A DNA stretch of 64,000 nucleotides, from positions 1,383,343 to 1,447,342 of the forward strand of contig OZ242354.1 of the NCBI GenBank assembly GCA_965208765.1. The letters are read 5' to 3'. This DNA comes from Candidatus Poribacteria bacterium (GTDB lineage Bacteria; Poribacteria; WGA-4E; JAJDTR01). The translations under genes and the position numbers were made by a program. A model generated the notes under the pieces. It saw nothing but the letters and a program-made list of their open reading frames with translations. It was not told the DNA's origin and made no database searches. Shown one piece after another: positions 1 through 10,575 of this stretch. Numbering within the stretch: the stretch's first letter is position 1; every line of letters starts with the position of its first letter.

Positions 1-863
1 CCGGAACCGTGTTGGCAAGGCTCCCGGAAAAGAGCGCAACCAGCCAAGACATTGTCACTGGACTTCCCCGTGTGACGGAACTCCTTGAAGCCCGAAGACC
101 TAAAGATAGGGCAATTATTGCCGAAATCGAGGGATATGTGGAGTTTGACCACCGTATTTCTAGAGGGATGCGCCAACTTCGTATCAAACATGGCGATGAA
201 TCGAGCGCACTGTACAGAATCCCCGTTGGTAAGCACCTCGTGGTTCATGAAAATGATTGGGTGGACGCGGGCGACCGTCTGACGGACGGTTTTCTTGACC
301 CGCACGACATTCTGAAGATTAAGGGTGAGGAGGAAGTCCAATCCTATCTGGTTAACGAAGTGCAAGATGTATATCGCAGCCAAGGCGAACACATTAACGA
401 CAAGCATATTGAGGTGATTGTCCGCCAGATGCTGAATAAGGTAAAAATCCTCTCGGCAGGAGACACGGAGTTCCTTGAGGAAGATGAGGTGGACAGGTCA
501 GTCTTCCATCGAGTCAACCGTCGGGTTGCAGACGATGGGGGACAGCCAGCCACCGCCGAACCAATACTGCAAGGCGTCACGAAGGCGGCGTTAAGCACGG
601 AAAGTTTCATCTCGGCTGCCTCATTCCAGCAGACAACAAATGTGTTGACGAAGGCCTCGGTCATTGGACAAAAGGACTACTTGAAAGGCTTAAAGGAAAA
701 CGTCATCATGGGCCGTCTGATTCCAGCGGGCAGCGGAGTGCCGAGTTTTCGCAAGATCGAAGTGTATCCTGAAACCGAAGAATTGCCAACCGCCGATGAT
801 GCGATACTACCTGAAGATGCGACATTGCCTGGGGCTAGCGAGGATGACCGTGCTGCAGATTAA
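1..863 (+). CDS. rpoC: DNA-directed RNA polymerase subunit beta' (C-terminal fragment, 5'-truncated at window edge)
   Basis: Translation contains the conserved RpoC C-terminal block (GLPRVTELLEAR...KHIEVIVRQM...VIMGRLIPAGSG). The ORF runs in from the window start and stops at 861-863. Confidence 0.9.
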   Translation, partial: GTVLARLPEKSATSQDIVTGLPRVTELLEARRPKDRAIIAEIEGYVEFDHRISRGMRQLRIKHGDESSALYRIPVGKHLVVHENDWVDAGDRLTDGFLDPHDILKIKGEEEVQSYLVNEVQDVYRSQGEHINDKHIEVIVRQMLNKVKILSAGDTEFLEEDEVDRSVFHRVNRRVADDGGQPATAEPILQGVTKAALSTESFISAASFQQTTNVLTKASVIGQKDYLKGLKENVIMGRLIPAGSGVPSFRKIEVYPETEELPTADDAILPEDATLPGASEDDRAAD

Positions 864-911
864 GATCTCGAATCGTCCCACCTTCCCCTAACCGTTTCCT
901 GACTTTTGCGT

Positions 912-1742
912 CTATGTTTGTTTTAGCAAATATTCGACGGTTTCCCAAGAATCTACGTGCAAAATCTGCTTAGCATTAGCTTGTGTTTCTCGACAACTGC
1001 TAACTTGGCGAGACGCTTGAGTAACGCGCTGTATTGGGATATTGAATCGATCTATTGCCCTTAAGCACGTCTGGTTTTCGCCTATGAGAATTCCTATGTC
1101 GGCATCAAGCATTGCACGTAGATCCGATAGTGAATCGCCGACGTAGCCCGTCAGCCCTGCCCTTGACCGACGAGATTTGAAGTGCCTCCACTTATCATCG
1201 GCGGAAAGGACTTGCAATTTTATCTCGCCGGTAGAGATTCCCCGCGGATCGAATAGCAAGCAGTTTGCCACCACCATATCGCAGAGTCCCTTTACCGCTC
1301 CCTCAACAAACGTTGTCGACCAATTCGCGGACAGTATCTCAACAGTAACCCCCGCGGAACGCATCGCCGATAGGCATGTTTTCGCACCTTCTTTTTTTTG
1401 AACCTGCCTACCCGCTTCTCGCAACGTCTCCTGTGTTAGCCCCGCCAAGAATCCTTTCTTCACTACCTTACGTATCGAGACCGTTTCCAAAGACCGAATG
1501 TCGCATAGGAAATCGAGAAGGGTTCCTTTACAGTGCTCTTGAGATCCATCTAGCCATTTTTCGCATCTACGGGCATAACGCCCTCTGTACCACTTAACCG
1601 TCTGTTGCCATTCTTCCATAGTCGGAGTTCCATTAACGTCGCGGCTTTGCGACGCAGCCGTGACCAACGACTGGATTGTGTCTTTCTGCGAGATTGTTTC
1701 ATCAAAGTCAGAGATGAGTTTATCAATACGGTAGATTGGCAT
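912..1742 (-). CDS. HAD-superfamily hydrolase (subfamily IB-like phosphatase)
   Basis: N-terminal HAD motif I DFDET(I) and a C-terminal motif VGDSLSDL...D. Length is 276 aa. Confidence 0.55.
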   Translation of the reverse strand: MPIYRIDKLISDFDETISQKDTIQSLVTAASQSRDVNGTPTMEEWQQTVKWYRGRYARRCEKWLDGSQEHCKGTLLDFLCDIRSLETVSIRKVVKKGFLAGLTQETLREAGRQVQKKEGAKTCLSAMRSAGVTVEILSANWSTTFVEGAVKGLCDMVVANCLLFDPRGISTGEIKLQVLSADDKWRHFKSRRSRAGLTGYVGDSLSDLRAMLDADIGILIGENQTCLRAIDRFNIPIQRVTQASRQVSSCRETQANAKQILHVDSWETVEYLLKQT

Positions 1743-1796
1743 AACAGATAGCTAGTTAGAAAAAAGTCTAGGGACAGTAAACGATCTATAATCCCT

Positions 1797-3191
1797 CTAA
1801 TCTACGTTCGGTCCAAGCATCTTTTCCGGAACTACAATCTGGTCGAATTCCGTTTCCGTAAGAAGCTTCAGTTCGAGAGCTGCTTGTCGCAACGTTTTAC
1901 CTTCACTATGCGCCTTTTTGGCAACTCGAGCCGCATTGTCATAACCAATGTGGGGATTTAGTGCCGTCACCAACATTAAGGATTCGCTCAGATACTGTTC
2001 AATCTGTTTTCGATTGGGTTCGATTCCGACAACACAGTTCTTGCGGAATGAACGACAAGCATCTCCAAGGAGACGCACGGACTGCAACGCGTTGAAGGCG
2101 ATGACCGGCATGAATACATTCAGTTCGAAGTTTCCCGATGCTCCAGACAACGCGATTGTTGTATCATTGCCCATTACTTGAGCGCATACCATCAACATTG
2201 CTTCACACTGCGTAGGATTGACTTTGCCCGGCATTATCGAACTTCCCGGCTCGTTTTCAGGCAAGAAGAGTTCGCCGAGTCCGCAACGAGGTCCGCTTCC
2301 CAACCAACGAATGTCATTGGCAATTTTGAAGAGCGAACTTGCCAACACCTTAAACGCCCCGCTAGCTTCAACAACCGCGTCGCGCGCACCCAAGGCTTCA
2401 AACTTACTTGGCGCGGACGCGAACCGAATTCCCGTGCGTTTACTGATTGCGGCAACTGCACGATCGGCGTATTCAGGATGTGTATTTAATCCTGTCCCAA
2501 CGGCTGTACCACCAACAGGTAGTTCGTGCAAGTGCGGCAGTACGTGATCGATCGCTCTTAAGGCGTTGGACAACTGCTGCGTATACCCGGCAAATTCTTG
2601 TCCCAAGGTCAGAGGCGTAGCATCCATTAGATGTGTACGTCCAGTCTTTACGATCTCAGAAAACGCTTCTGATTTGTCGGCAAAAGTATCCCGAAGCGCT
2701 GTCACCTCCGGGACCAAGTGGTTGCGAATGCGATCAACGATTGCCACGTGAATAGCCGTTGGAAATGCATCGTTCGTGGATTGAGATTTGTTAATGTGAT
2801 CATTGGGATGGATAGGTTCTTTGCTACCCAGAACTCCGCCAAGCATTTCGACCGCTCGGTTTGCAATTACCTCGTTTGTATTCATGTTGGTCTGGGTGCC
2901 GCTGCCGGTTTGCCAAACAACCAGTGGAAAGTGGTCGTCCAATTCACCGTTTACCACCTCTTGAGCGGCTTGCATGACTACCTCTGCTTTATCTCGGTCA
3001 AGTAGTCCAAGAACCGAATTTACTTCGGCTATCGACTGTTTCACGATTCCTAGAGCCCACAACATTTCGCGTGGGAAGCGCTCTCCGCCGATTTCAAAGT
3101 TCTGCAAGGACCTCTGTGTCTGTGCTCCCCAATATCGATCGGCAGGAACCTCAATGTCTCCCATACTGTCTTTTTCAATTCGTGTTTTCAT
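1797..3191 (-). CDS. fumC: fumarate hydratase class II
   Basis: Full-length 464-aa protein with the fumarase/aspartase signature [16 protein letters not shown] and a typical FumC N-terminus ([19 protein letters not shown]). Confidence 0.95.
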   Translation of the reverse strand: MKTRIEKDSMGDIEVPADRYWGAQTQRSLQNFEIGGERFPREMLWALGIVKQSIAEVNSVLGLLDRDKAEVVMQAAQEVVNGELDDHFPLVVWQTGSGTQTNMNTNEVIANRAVEMLGGVLGSKEPIHPNDHINKSQSTNDAFPTAIHVAIVDRIRNHLVPEVTALRDTFADKSEAFSEIVKTGRTHLMDATPLTLGQEFAGYTQQLSNALRAIDHVLPHLHELPVGGTAVGTGLNTHPEYADRAVAAISKRTGIRFASAPSKFEALGARDAVVEASGAFKVLASSLFKIANDIRWLGSGPRCGLGELFLPENEPGSSIMPGKVNPTQCEAMLMVCAQVMGNDTTIALSGASGNFELNVFMPVIAFNALQSVRLLGDACRSFRKNCVVGIEPNRKQIEQYLSESLMLVTALNPHIGYDNAARVAKKAHSEGKTLRQAALELKLLTETEFDQIVVPEKMLGPNVD

Positions 3192-3312
3192 GATGATTCT
3201 GCTCCGGTTCGGCCTTCAATTATGATAATAACCACCGTGTAGTATAGCATTTCAGACTATAGCCACTCAACTGATTTTAAGGGGAATTTGTGTTGATAAA
3301 ACCTCGCCGAGC

Positions 3313-4410
3313 ATGATATATTCTCAGACCAAGAACCGTTACGCATCAAGGAGAACGGGAATGAGCGGTCTATCCTTATTCAACCCATATCTTACGAAAA
3401 CTCTTTCGCCTCCACCACCACGGAGTTATCGTGACCGTCAGTGGTGCACGCGAGGATATCAACCAAACCTGAAACCTATTTCACCGGACAGTGAGTTGGG
3501 TGTATTGATCGGGCAAATGGGTTGGGTGGGTAGCCATGCGCATGACCGCGGATACCTGTGGGGATCTGCGGGAAACATGGGCACTTTACTTAATGATTCC
3601 ATCGATCCCGACTGCCTGCTGCCATTCGCCGAATCACCACGTTATTCGTTGCCAACTGAAATTTCCGTGCCCGGCTTGGCCGGACGACGTGTGCTCTTAA
3701 CCAAGTCGGGGGCACGGCTAGACATGATCTCACTGGAACATCCAGCGCTGAATTTGACGATTGTCGAAGTTGAAGTCGACGGAGTCCATTACCGCATGCG
3801 CTTCGGTGCACAACCTATGTCCCAACAAAGCACAGATCAGAATAGTCCGAGCAAACCAACCAGTGAGATGTTCCATTATATGCTAATTTTCGACCAACTG
3901 GAGATACACGGATTCAAAGCTTTGGTTCACCTTCAGCCCAAGTTTCTGAATCTCATCTCCAGGACTGAGCACGGACATCCATCGCGCTTCTATGACTTCC
4001 TGAAAGGCTATGAACCGGAAACTCCGATAATGTATGATGATTGCGGTGGAATTGGATTCGTTCAGGAGCGGGCACCCGGAATACCGGACCTGTCCTACGA
4101 AAGCCTTCGTCTCTTTAAAATGGAGGATTTTCCTTCCCAACCGGCTAACGCAATGCGTCATATTCTATACTGGGTTGGACACGGGACCTTTTCCAGAGGT
4201 GTTGATTTGTTGGACGCCTACAAGCACGGCGAATATTTCGAGGCGGCGGCGCGCATGGCATGGGAGGCGAACCAAGGGAATATTAATGCACAGCCTTACG
4301 ACGACGAAATCGTGAATTGTATTTTACGTGAATTTCACGCCAATCAAGATCCGCCGGAATCGCTGATGCCGAAAGAACCGGAAAAACAAGGCGTTTTCAA
4401 CTATCCATGA
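3313..4410 (+). CDS. hypothetical protein (no recognisable domain)
   Basis: 365-aa ORF with no competing ORF in the region. There is no signal peptide and no motif I recognise. Confidence 0.4.
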   Translation: MIYSQTKNRYASRRTGMSGLSLFNPYLTKTLSPPPPRSYRDRQWCTRGYQPNLKPISPDSELGVLIGQMGWVGSHAHDRGYLWGSAGNMGTLLNDSIDPDCLLPFAESPRYSLPTEISVPGLAGRRVLLTKSGARLDMISLEHPALNLTIVEVEVDGVHYRMRFGAQPMSQQSTDQNSPSKPTSEMFHYMLIFDQLEIHGFKALVHLQPKFLNLISRTEHGHPSRFYDFLKGYEPETPIMYDDCGGIGFVQERAPGIPDLSYESLRLFKMEDFPSQPANAMRHILYWVGHGTFSRGVDLLDAYKHGEYFEAAARMAWEANQGNINAQPYDDEIVNCILREFHANQDPPESLMPKEPEKQGVFNYP

Positions 4411-4497
4411 TTCGGTTACGGGATAAACACCGAGCCAATCACTTTGGAATTGCATTCTTCTCACGTCTAGTATCTATAGCACTAAGCACAAGTTAAC

Positions 4498-5331
4498 ATG
4501 GATAAAACACACGATGACCCCTTCTTCTCACTTGCACAAAGCAACGATTCGGAGATTGACTTGGGCTTAGGTGCTTTGCTAATTGCCAAAGACATCTATC
4601 CGGAACTGGACACGGTTGCTTATATGGATTTACTGGATCGAATGGCGTTGGAAGTAAAGGATAGGATTGGCGAAACGAAAGAGTCGAGCCGACAAATCGC
4701 ACGCCTAAATCACTACCTGTTTGTAGAGAAGGCATTCCAAGGCAATCAAGAAGACTATTACAACCCGCGAAATAGCTATCTCAACGATGTTCTTGAACGC
4801 AAACTCGGTATTCCCATCACCCTTTCAGTCGTATACATCGAAACGAGCAAACGAATCGGACTACCAATCACCGGTGTGGATTTCCCGGGGCATTTTATCG
4901 TCAAACATAAAGGGGAGCACCTTGAAACCTACATTGATCCATTCCACGGCGGACGAATCCTGACTGACGATGCACTGCTCAGACAATTGGAAACCGTATT
5001 CCAACAGCCCACGCCACTACAACCCGAATTCTTGAGGCAAGTTAGCAATCGGGAGATCTTGGCGAGAATTCTGCGTAATCTAAAACAGATTTACTTCAAG
5101 AAAGAAGCGTATGCTCTAGCGACCTCCGCTAGTGAGCGTATTACATGGCTCCTACCTGATTTCGCAGAAGAACATCACGATCTCGGTTATCTCTTTTATA
5201 AAACCCAAGCGTACGGCAAGTCGCTTAAGTCTTTTCAAGAGTACCTCCGGATCTCACGCGATGCTCCTGATCGAGAGGACATTGAGGAAAACGTAAAATT
5301 ATTGCGAAAACAGGTGGCAACGTTGAATTAG
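4498..5331 (+). CDS. transglutaminase-like/TPR protein, SirB1/YchA (UPF0162) family
   Basis: N-terminal transglutaminase-like core (ITLSVVYIETSKRIGLPITGVDFPGHFIVKH) followed by a C-terminal helical repeat region. This is the typical YchA/SirB1 architecture. Confidence 0.6.
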   Translation: MDKTHDDPFFSLAQSNDSEIDLGLGALLIAKDIYPELDTVAYMDLLDRMALEVKDRIGETKESSRQIARLNHYLFVEKAFQGNQEDYYNPRNSYLNDVLERKLGIPITLSVVYIETSKRIGLPITGVDFPGHFIVKHKGEHLETYIDPFHGGRILTDDALLRQLETVFQQPTPLQPEFLRQVSNREILARILRNLKQIYFKKEAYALATSASERITWLLPDFAEEHHDLGYLFYKTQAYGKSLKSFQEYLRISRDAPDREDIEENVKLLRKQVATLN

Positions 5332-5523
5332 AATCTAACCGAAGAGCCGGTATCTTTGACTCGTTAGGTCAACGTAACGCACAGAATGTTGCCGCACATG
5401 GAAACAGAAAAAGAGTTGATTTCCAGTGCCCAATGTGTTACCTTAGGGCTTTCTGAAATCAGGCAAGAATTGACGTTTCGCTCCGTGGGATAAATTGAAC
5501 GTAGGACCTCGGGCTGATGTAGA

Positions 5524-5788
5524 CTAGGTTCTGTTGACATTTACGTGAAGTGAGTGTCCAATCGTAGGGGCGAGGTTCCCTCGCCCGTTAAATGACGGGT
5601 TGGGAAACCCAACCACCAACTGAGCGAATAACGAAGGATCAAGGGAGCGGTTAGCGACCGCGATAGAAATCCCGTAGCGATCCCCTACGAAGATTGACCC
5701 AGTGTAGAGAGATCCCTTGTGGTTGCCCAACATTCTGCCTCAAGTGAATCAATATTGGCTCAATTTTCAAATGTCAACAGAACCTAGT
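5524..5788. repeat. structured element of about 265 bp (copy 1) bounded by a perfect 19-bp inverted repeat ctaggttctgttgacattt
   Basis: Perfect inverted repeat at both ends. Nested stems inside: cgtagggg...cccctacg enclosing gggcgagg-ttcc-cctcgccc and gggttggg-aaa-cccaacc. It shares a conserved core with 19600-19860. Confidence 0.5.
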
Positions 5789-5959
5789 GAAGTCATAAAT
5801 TATGCGACTTGTTTACCAAGAAACAGAAAGCCTGAGTTTTTGGTTCACGTTCGCTAGGTTTTAGAAAAATTCGATTTTCGTGGAGTTCCGCGTCTCCGTG
5901 TCCGCTGCGAAAAATTCCTGATTCATGTCTGATTAGCCTCCCAACGCGAAGAAATCAGC

Positions 5960-6373
5960 ATGCGATTTCAACACAGAAACCTTGCCATTTCACTTTTATT
6001 GATCAGTTTAGGGGCAACTGTTGGTTGTGCGAAAATTCTCGAAGATCAAACAGAACTAGAACGCGTCGAGGCGACTTTCTTTTACGATCCTACGTCGGCA
6101 TCCGTCCTCGGTGCCTATTCAGTTAAGTTGCCTGAAGAACGTCTCATACGAAGAATCATTGTCCATTCGCTTGACCCAATTCGAAACACTGATATTTATG
6201 TTCGAACTGGGGAACACGGATGGATTCATACAAGACAAATTAAGGGCTGGCTCAAAGGTGCTTCGACCATTGATATTCGAGCTAAGGGCGATGCGGTTCG
6301 AGTTATTCCCAAGACTGTACTGATTCGTGTCATTAAAGACATTGAAGTCTTTGCCGTGCCCAAACCAAATTAA
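5960..6373 (+). CDS. putative lipoprotein (small secreted protein family; the interrupted gene at 32954-33405 is a paralog)
   Basis: Signal peptide with a Cys (LLLISLGATVGC). It is homologous to the two fragments of the interrupted gene at 32954-33405 (PEERLIRRIIVH.../...IDIRAKGDAVRVIPK). Confidence 0.5.
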   Translation: MRFQHRNLAISLLLISLGATVGCAKILEDQTELERVEATFFYDPTSASVLGAYSVKLPEERLIRRIIVHSLDPIRNTDIYVRTGEHGWIHTRQIKGWLKGASTIDIRAKGDAVRVIPKTVLIRVIKDIEVFAVPKPN

Positions 6374-6939
6374 CTCCACGATACATCGCTAGGGAAGGAA
6401 TTCGGTATTGGAAAGTAACTAACCCTCGAAGCACTAGAAATACCACGATGCCAATGCTATATAGCATAGTAAACATAACCTTCCCCCTATTTTTCTTTGC
6501 CGGAACAGTCGGTTGCGCTCAACTAAAGACCGTTGGTGAAGGAGGACTGGAGCGGGCAGAAGACAATACTTGAGTTGACGCAATAGGCAGTGTTTTGCAC
6601 TTCGATGTCCACGATTCGCTATGAAAACTACTCGAATCCGGCATGATTGTCCGTTTAACCGCCAATCGATTTTATCGTCGCCGGAGCAGTTAGACTGTCG
6701 CAATCCGGTTTGAATCGCTTGATATTCGGGGGTGACCCCATCGTCGATTTCACACATTCGGGTCCAGGCATTTCTAAAGGCGAAGTGAGGACAAGTGGCA
6801 GTTCGACTCCTGTTGTTCCCTCGCATTCGTCGTATTGATGGGTTGATTTCTTCGAACCAAGCAAGTGGACCCGATGCTGCGCATGTTTCGTCACTCTTAC
6901 AAACTGATCTAGGCAGTTACCATCGGAGGATAGCAGCGA

Positions 6940-7737
6940 ATGACACACCCCGAATTAACGTTGACAGAACGGCGGTTTGGCCAGACAACACGCCGAGATG
7001 CGTGGTGGCTACAGCCTTTGGCCGTGTTCATAGGACTGACTACGTTCGGCATTTATTCCCTTTGGGCAGCATTTCAGAACGCCCACTATACCTTTGGACC
7101 GTATTTATCTCCATTTTACTCGCCGGAGCTTCTTGGGAGTTCAGAACACAGCTGGTTCGGAGACAAACCGGGTTGGTGGCCGCTTTGGTTGCCGTTCTCA
7201 CCGGCGTTTCTTATCCTGTGGGCACCTCTCGGTTTCCGTCTGACGTGCTATTACTACCGTGGTGCATATTATAAGGCATTCTGGGCGGACCCGCCCTCAT
7301 GTACCATTGGCGAACCCAGGAAGGGCTATCGTGGCGAACATTCATTCCCGTTAATAGTCCAGAATGTACATCGCTATTTTCTTTATTTCGCCTTACTCTT
7401 CTTAATCTTTCTTTCCTATGATGCATGGAAGGGATTTTGGTTCAAAGATGAAAGTGGTACCGCATTCGGGGTTGGCATCGGTTCTCTCATACTCGTTGGG
7501 AACGTATTCTTTCTCGGCGGATATACGCTTGGCTGTCACTCGCTCCGCCACCTGGTAGGGGGCATTCTCGATCGACTTTCGAGTGCACCGGTGCGCCGAT
7601 CCACCTACAATGGCGTCAGTTGCCTAAATCGTCGTCACATGCTGTGGGCATGGATGAGCCTTTGCTGGGTGGGGTTTTCCGACATCTATGTTCGATTGTG
7701 CTCTATGGGAATCTTGGCCGACTGGAGAATATTGTAA
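6940..7737 (+). CDS. sdhC: succinate dehydrogenase/fumarate reductase cytochrome b subunit (b558 family)
   Basis: Polytopic membrane protein encoded immediately upstream of sdhA with an overlapping stop/start. A GGAGGA ribosome-binding site lies 11 nt upstream of the ATG. Conserved His-containing helices are present. Confidence 0.75.
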   Translation: MTHPELTLTERRFGQTTRRDAWWLQPLAVFIGLTTFGIYSLWAAFQNAHYTFGPYLSPFYSPELLGSSEHSWFGDKPGWWPLWLPFSPAFLILWAPLGFRLTCYYYRGAYYKAFWADPPSCTIGEPRKGYRGEHSFPLIVQNVHRYFLYFALLFLIFLSYDAWKGFWFKDESGTAFGVGIGSLILVGNVFFLGGYTLGCHSLRHLVGGILDRLSSAPVRRSTYNGVSCLNRRHMLWAWMSLCWVGFSDIYVRLCSMGILADWRIL

Positions 7738-9560
7738 TGAGCCAATTCGAAACTCACACCTATGATGTATTGGTAATTGGTGCCGGTGGCGCGGGGTTGC
7801 GTGCGGCAATTGAAGCCTCTGCGGCGGGGGTATCCGTGGGATTGGTGTGTAAGTCTCTATTGGGCAAAGCGCACACCGTGATGGCTGAAGGCGGCGTCGC
7901 AGCGGCGTTGGCCAATGTGGATGAGAGGGACAGTTGGAAAGTTCACTTTGCAGACACCATGCGGGGTGGACAGTATCTCAACAACTGGCGCATGGCTGAA
8001 ATTCACGCCAAGGAGGCACCTGATCGCGTGCGTGAATTGGAAGCGTGGGGAGCGCTCTTTGATCGGACTGCCGATGGGCGCATTCTTCAACGCAACTTCG
8101 GTGGACATCAATACCCGCGACTTGCTCATGTCGGGGACCGCACGGGATTGGAGATGATTCGGGTACTACAGGACCATGGTGTTCACGAAGGCGTTGATGT
8201 GCACATGGAATGTGCGGTTGTTTCTATTCTAAAGGACGGTGACCGCACTGCCGGGGCGTTTGGTTACGAGCGCGAGAAGGGTCGTTTCAAAGTGTTTCGC
8301 GCGAAAGCAATTGTACTTGCGACCGGCGGCGTGGGCAAAGCTTACAAGATCACGAGCAATAGTTGGGAATATACCGGCGACGGTCATTCTCTTGCCTATC
8401 ACGCAGGTGCGGAACTTATCGACATGGAGTTCGTTCAGTTTCACCCAACCGGTATGGTTTGGCCTCCGAGTGTACGTGGTATACTGGTGACGGAAGGAGT
8501 GCGTGGAGAAGGGGGCATACTGAAAAACAGCCTCGGAGAACGGTTTATGTTCAGCCATATACCCGATCTCTACGTCAATCAAACATCTGACGATCCCGAG
8601 GAAGGCTGGCGCTACACTCAAGGTGATCGAAACGCGCGAAGGCCTCCCGAACTCCTTACTCGCGATCACGTGGCGCGATGCATTGTAAGTGAGGTTCAGG
8701 AGGGACGCGGCAGCCCGCACGGCGGAGTTTTTCTTGATATTGCATGGATTAAAGAGAAACTGTCAAATTCGGAAGATCATATTAAACGGAAACTGCCGAG
8801 CATGTATCATCAATTCATGCAATTAGCCGATCTTGATATTACGAAAGAACCGATGGAAGTTGGACCAACAACCCATTACATTATGGGGGGCATACGGGTC
8901 GATGGCGATTCTCAGATGACATGTGTACCGGGGCTATTTGCAAGCGGCGAATGCGGTGCCGGTTTACACGGAGCCAATCGACTTGGAGGAAATTCGCTTT
9001 CGGATCTCCTCGTGTTAGGAAAACGCGCCGGCGAATATGCGGCGAAGTTCGCTAGAGAGAATGGTGAAAGCGCCATCAATGACGCGGAAATCGAATCAGC
9101 AGCAAGTTGGGCATTACGATTTTTCAATAATGACGCTGGTTCCAGTGGTAAAAACCCCTTCCAAATTCAGTACGGCCTCCAAGAACTGATGCAGGAACTA
9201 GTGGGAATCGCTCGGAGCGAGGACGGGCTCAATAATGCGCGAGTTCAGATCCATGAGTTGAATGAGCAGGCGGAGCAGACTAGCGTCGAAGGTAATCGAG
9301 AATACAATCCCGGCTGGCATACCGCACTTGACCTGCAAAGTTTGATAACCGTGTCCGAATCCATTGCGCTTGCAGCTCTGGAACGCAAAGCAAGCATTGG
9401 CGCACATTCACGCGACGACTATCCCGAAAAAGAGGAACCTGGCGCGGGTAGATACAACACGGTCGTGCGGAAAAGCGAGAACGGCACCATGGAGGTTAGA
9501 CGTGAACCCCTTTCACCGATCCGCGACGACCTTCAGGCGATTATAGAGGAGATGGGATAA
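7737..9560 (+). CDS. sdhA: succinate dehydrogenase flavoprotein subunit
   Basis: FAD-binding N-terminus (DVLVIGAGGAGLRAAIEA) and a covalent-FAD His region. The likely start is the ATG that overlaps the sdhC stop (taATGagc) by 1 nt. Confidence 0.93.
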   Translation: MSQFETHTYDVLVIGAGGAGLRAAIEASAAGVSVGLVCKSLLGKAHTVMAEGGVAAALANVDERDSWKVHFADTMRGGQYLNNWRMAEIHAKEAPDRVRELEAWGALFDRTADGRILQRNFGGHQYPRLAHVGDRTGLEMIRVLQDHGVHEGVDVHMECAVVSILKDGDRTAGAFGYEREKGRFKVFRAKAIVLATGGVGKAYKITSNSWEYTGDGHSLAYHAGAELIDMEFVQFHPTGMVWPPSVRGILVTEGVRGEGGILKNSLGERFMFSHIPDLYVNQTSDDPEEGWRYTQGDRNARRPPELLTRDHVARCIVSEVQEGRGSPHGGVFLDIAWIKEKLSNSEDHIKRKLPSMYHQFMQLADLDITKEPMEVGPTTHYIMGGIRVDGDSQMTCVPGLFASGECGAGLHGANRLGGNSLSDLLVLGKRAGEYAAKFARENGESAINDAEIESAASWALRFFNNDAGSSGKNPFQIQYGLQELMQELVGIARSEDGLNNARVQIHELNEQAEQTSVEGNREYNPGWHTALDLQSLITVSESIALAALERKASIGAHSRDDYPEKEEPGAGRYNTVVRKSENGTMEVRREPLSPIRDDLQAIIEEMG

Positions 9561-10306
9561 TGGCAACAGCAACTTTTAGGATTTGGCGCGGTGACGCCGA
9601 TCACGCGGAGTTCGTCGATTACGAAAGTGAAGTCTCCGAAGGGATGGTAGTACTTGACGTTGTGCACCAGATCCAAGCACAACAGGCAAACGATCTCGCC
9701 GTACGTTGGAACTGTAAGGCTGGAAAATGCGGATCTTGCTCTGCTGAGGTCAATGGTCATCCAAAACTGATGTGCATGACTCGGTTGAACGACTTACCTC
9801 TTGACCAGCCAATCACCATCGAACCGATGCACACTTTTCCATTGATAAAGGACTTGGTCACCGACGTTTCGTGGAACTTCGAAGTAAAGAAGAAAATAAA
9901 GAAATTCAACCCTCGCCCACCTGACGCTGATGACGGTACCTGGCGAATGGCGCAGGAGGATATTGACAGGGTACAAGAATTCCGTAAATGTATCGAGTGT
10001 TTTTTGTGTCAGGATGTTTGCCATGTGCTTCGCGATCATCACCTTCACCATGAGTTTATCGGACCTCGATATTTTGTGCATAACGCCGCCTTGGAAATGC
10101 ACCCGCTCGACACCGAAAATCGTCTAGAAGATCTAAAGGAAGCAGATGGAATTGGATATTGCAACATTACCAAATGCTGTACTAAAGTCTGCCCGGAACA
10201 CATCACAATTACGGATAACGCCATCATTCCTCTTAAGGAGCGTGTAGTGGATCAGTTTTACGACCCGCTAAAAAAGCTGTTCCGGATTTTTCGTCCTCGA
10301 ACCTGA
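9560..10306 (+). CDS. sdhB: succinate dehydrogenase iron-sulfur subunit
   Basis: 2Fe-2S, 4Fe-4S and 3Fe-4S cysteine clusters (CKAGKCGSCSAEVNG; CIECFLCQDVC; CNITKCCTKVCP). Its start overlaps the sdhA stop by 1 nt. Confidence 0.93.
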   Translation: MATATFRIWRGDADHAEFVDYESEVSEGMVVLDVVHQIQAQQANDLAVRWNCKAGKCGSCSAEVNGHPKLMCMTRLNDLPLDQPITIEPMHTFPLIKDLVTDVSWNFEVKKKIKKFNPRPPDADDGTWRMAQEDIDRVQEFRKCIECFLCQDVCHVLRDHHLHHEFIGPRYFVHNAALEMHPLDTENRLEDLKEADGIGYCNITKCCTKVCPEHITITDNAIIPLKERVVDQFYDPLKKLFRIFRPRT

Positions 10307-10575
10307 GTTTGTTGCTTACCGACCGTCGATGAATTCTGTTAGGCTGCGAATAGACTCCAAAAGAGATAAACACGTCGGATGCAGTTTTTCCCGATTTGTT
10401 TAACCTGCCGGTCTAGATTTCGTCCGAGAATATGGTCAATTCGTCCGGTATGTCTAACCCGCCGTCGTAGGACAAGCAATTTTTTTTTGAGAATTCTAAT
10501 ATGATGGCTCAGATGATATTTCAGATGAACATAAGTCAAGATAAAGTGTATTTATAGGGCAAGGAGGAGATTGAC

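Noticed and set aside
6448-6573. 41-aa mini-ORF (MPMLYSIVNITFPLFFFAGTVGCAQLK...) with a lipobox-like GTVGC resembling the 5960-6373 signal peptide
   Set aside because: It is too short, lacks a clear ribosome-binding site, and is below the track threshold. It could be a remnant of another paralog, but I cannot support it as a gene.
6795-7274. 159-aa + strand ORF overlapping the start of sdhC in another frame
   Set aside because: It is out of frame with the well-supported sdhC and has an Arg- and Pro-rich composition. It is a spurious overlap.
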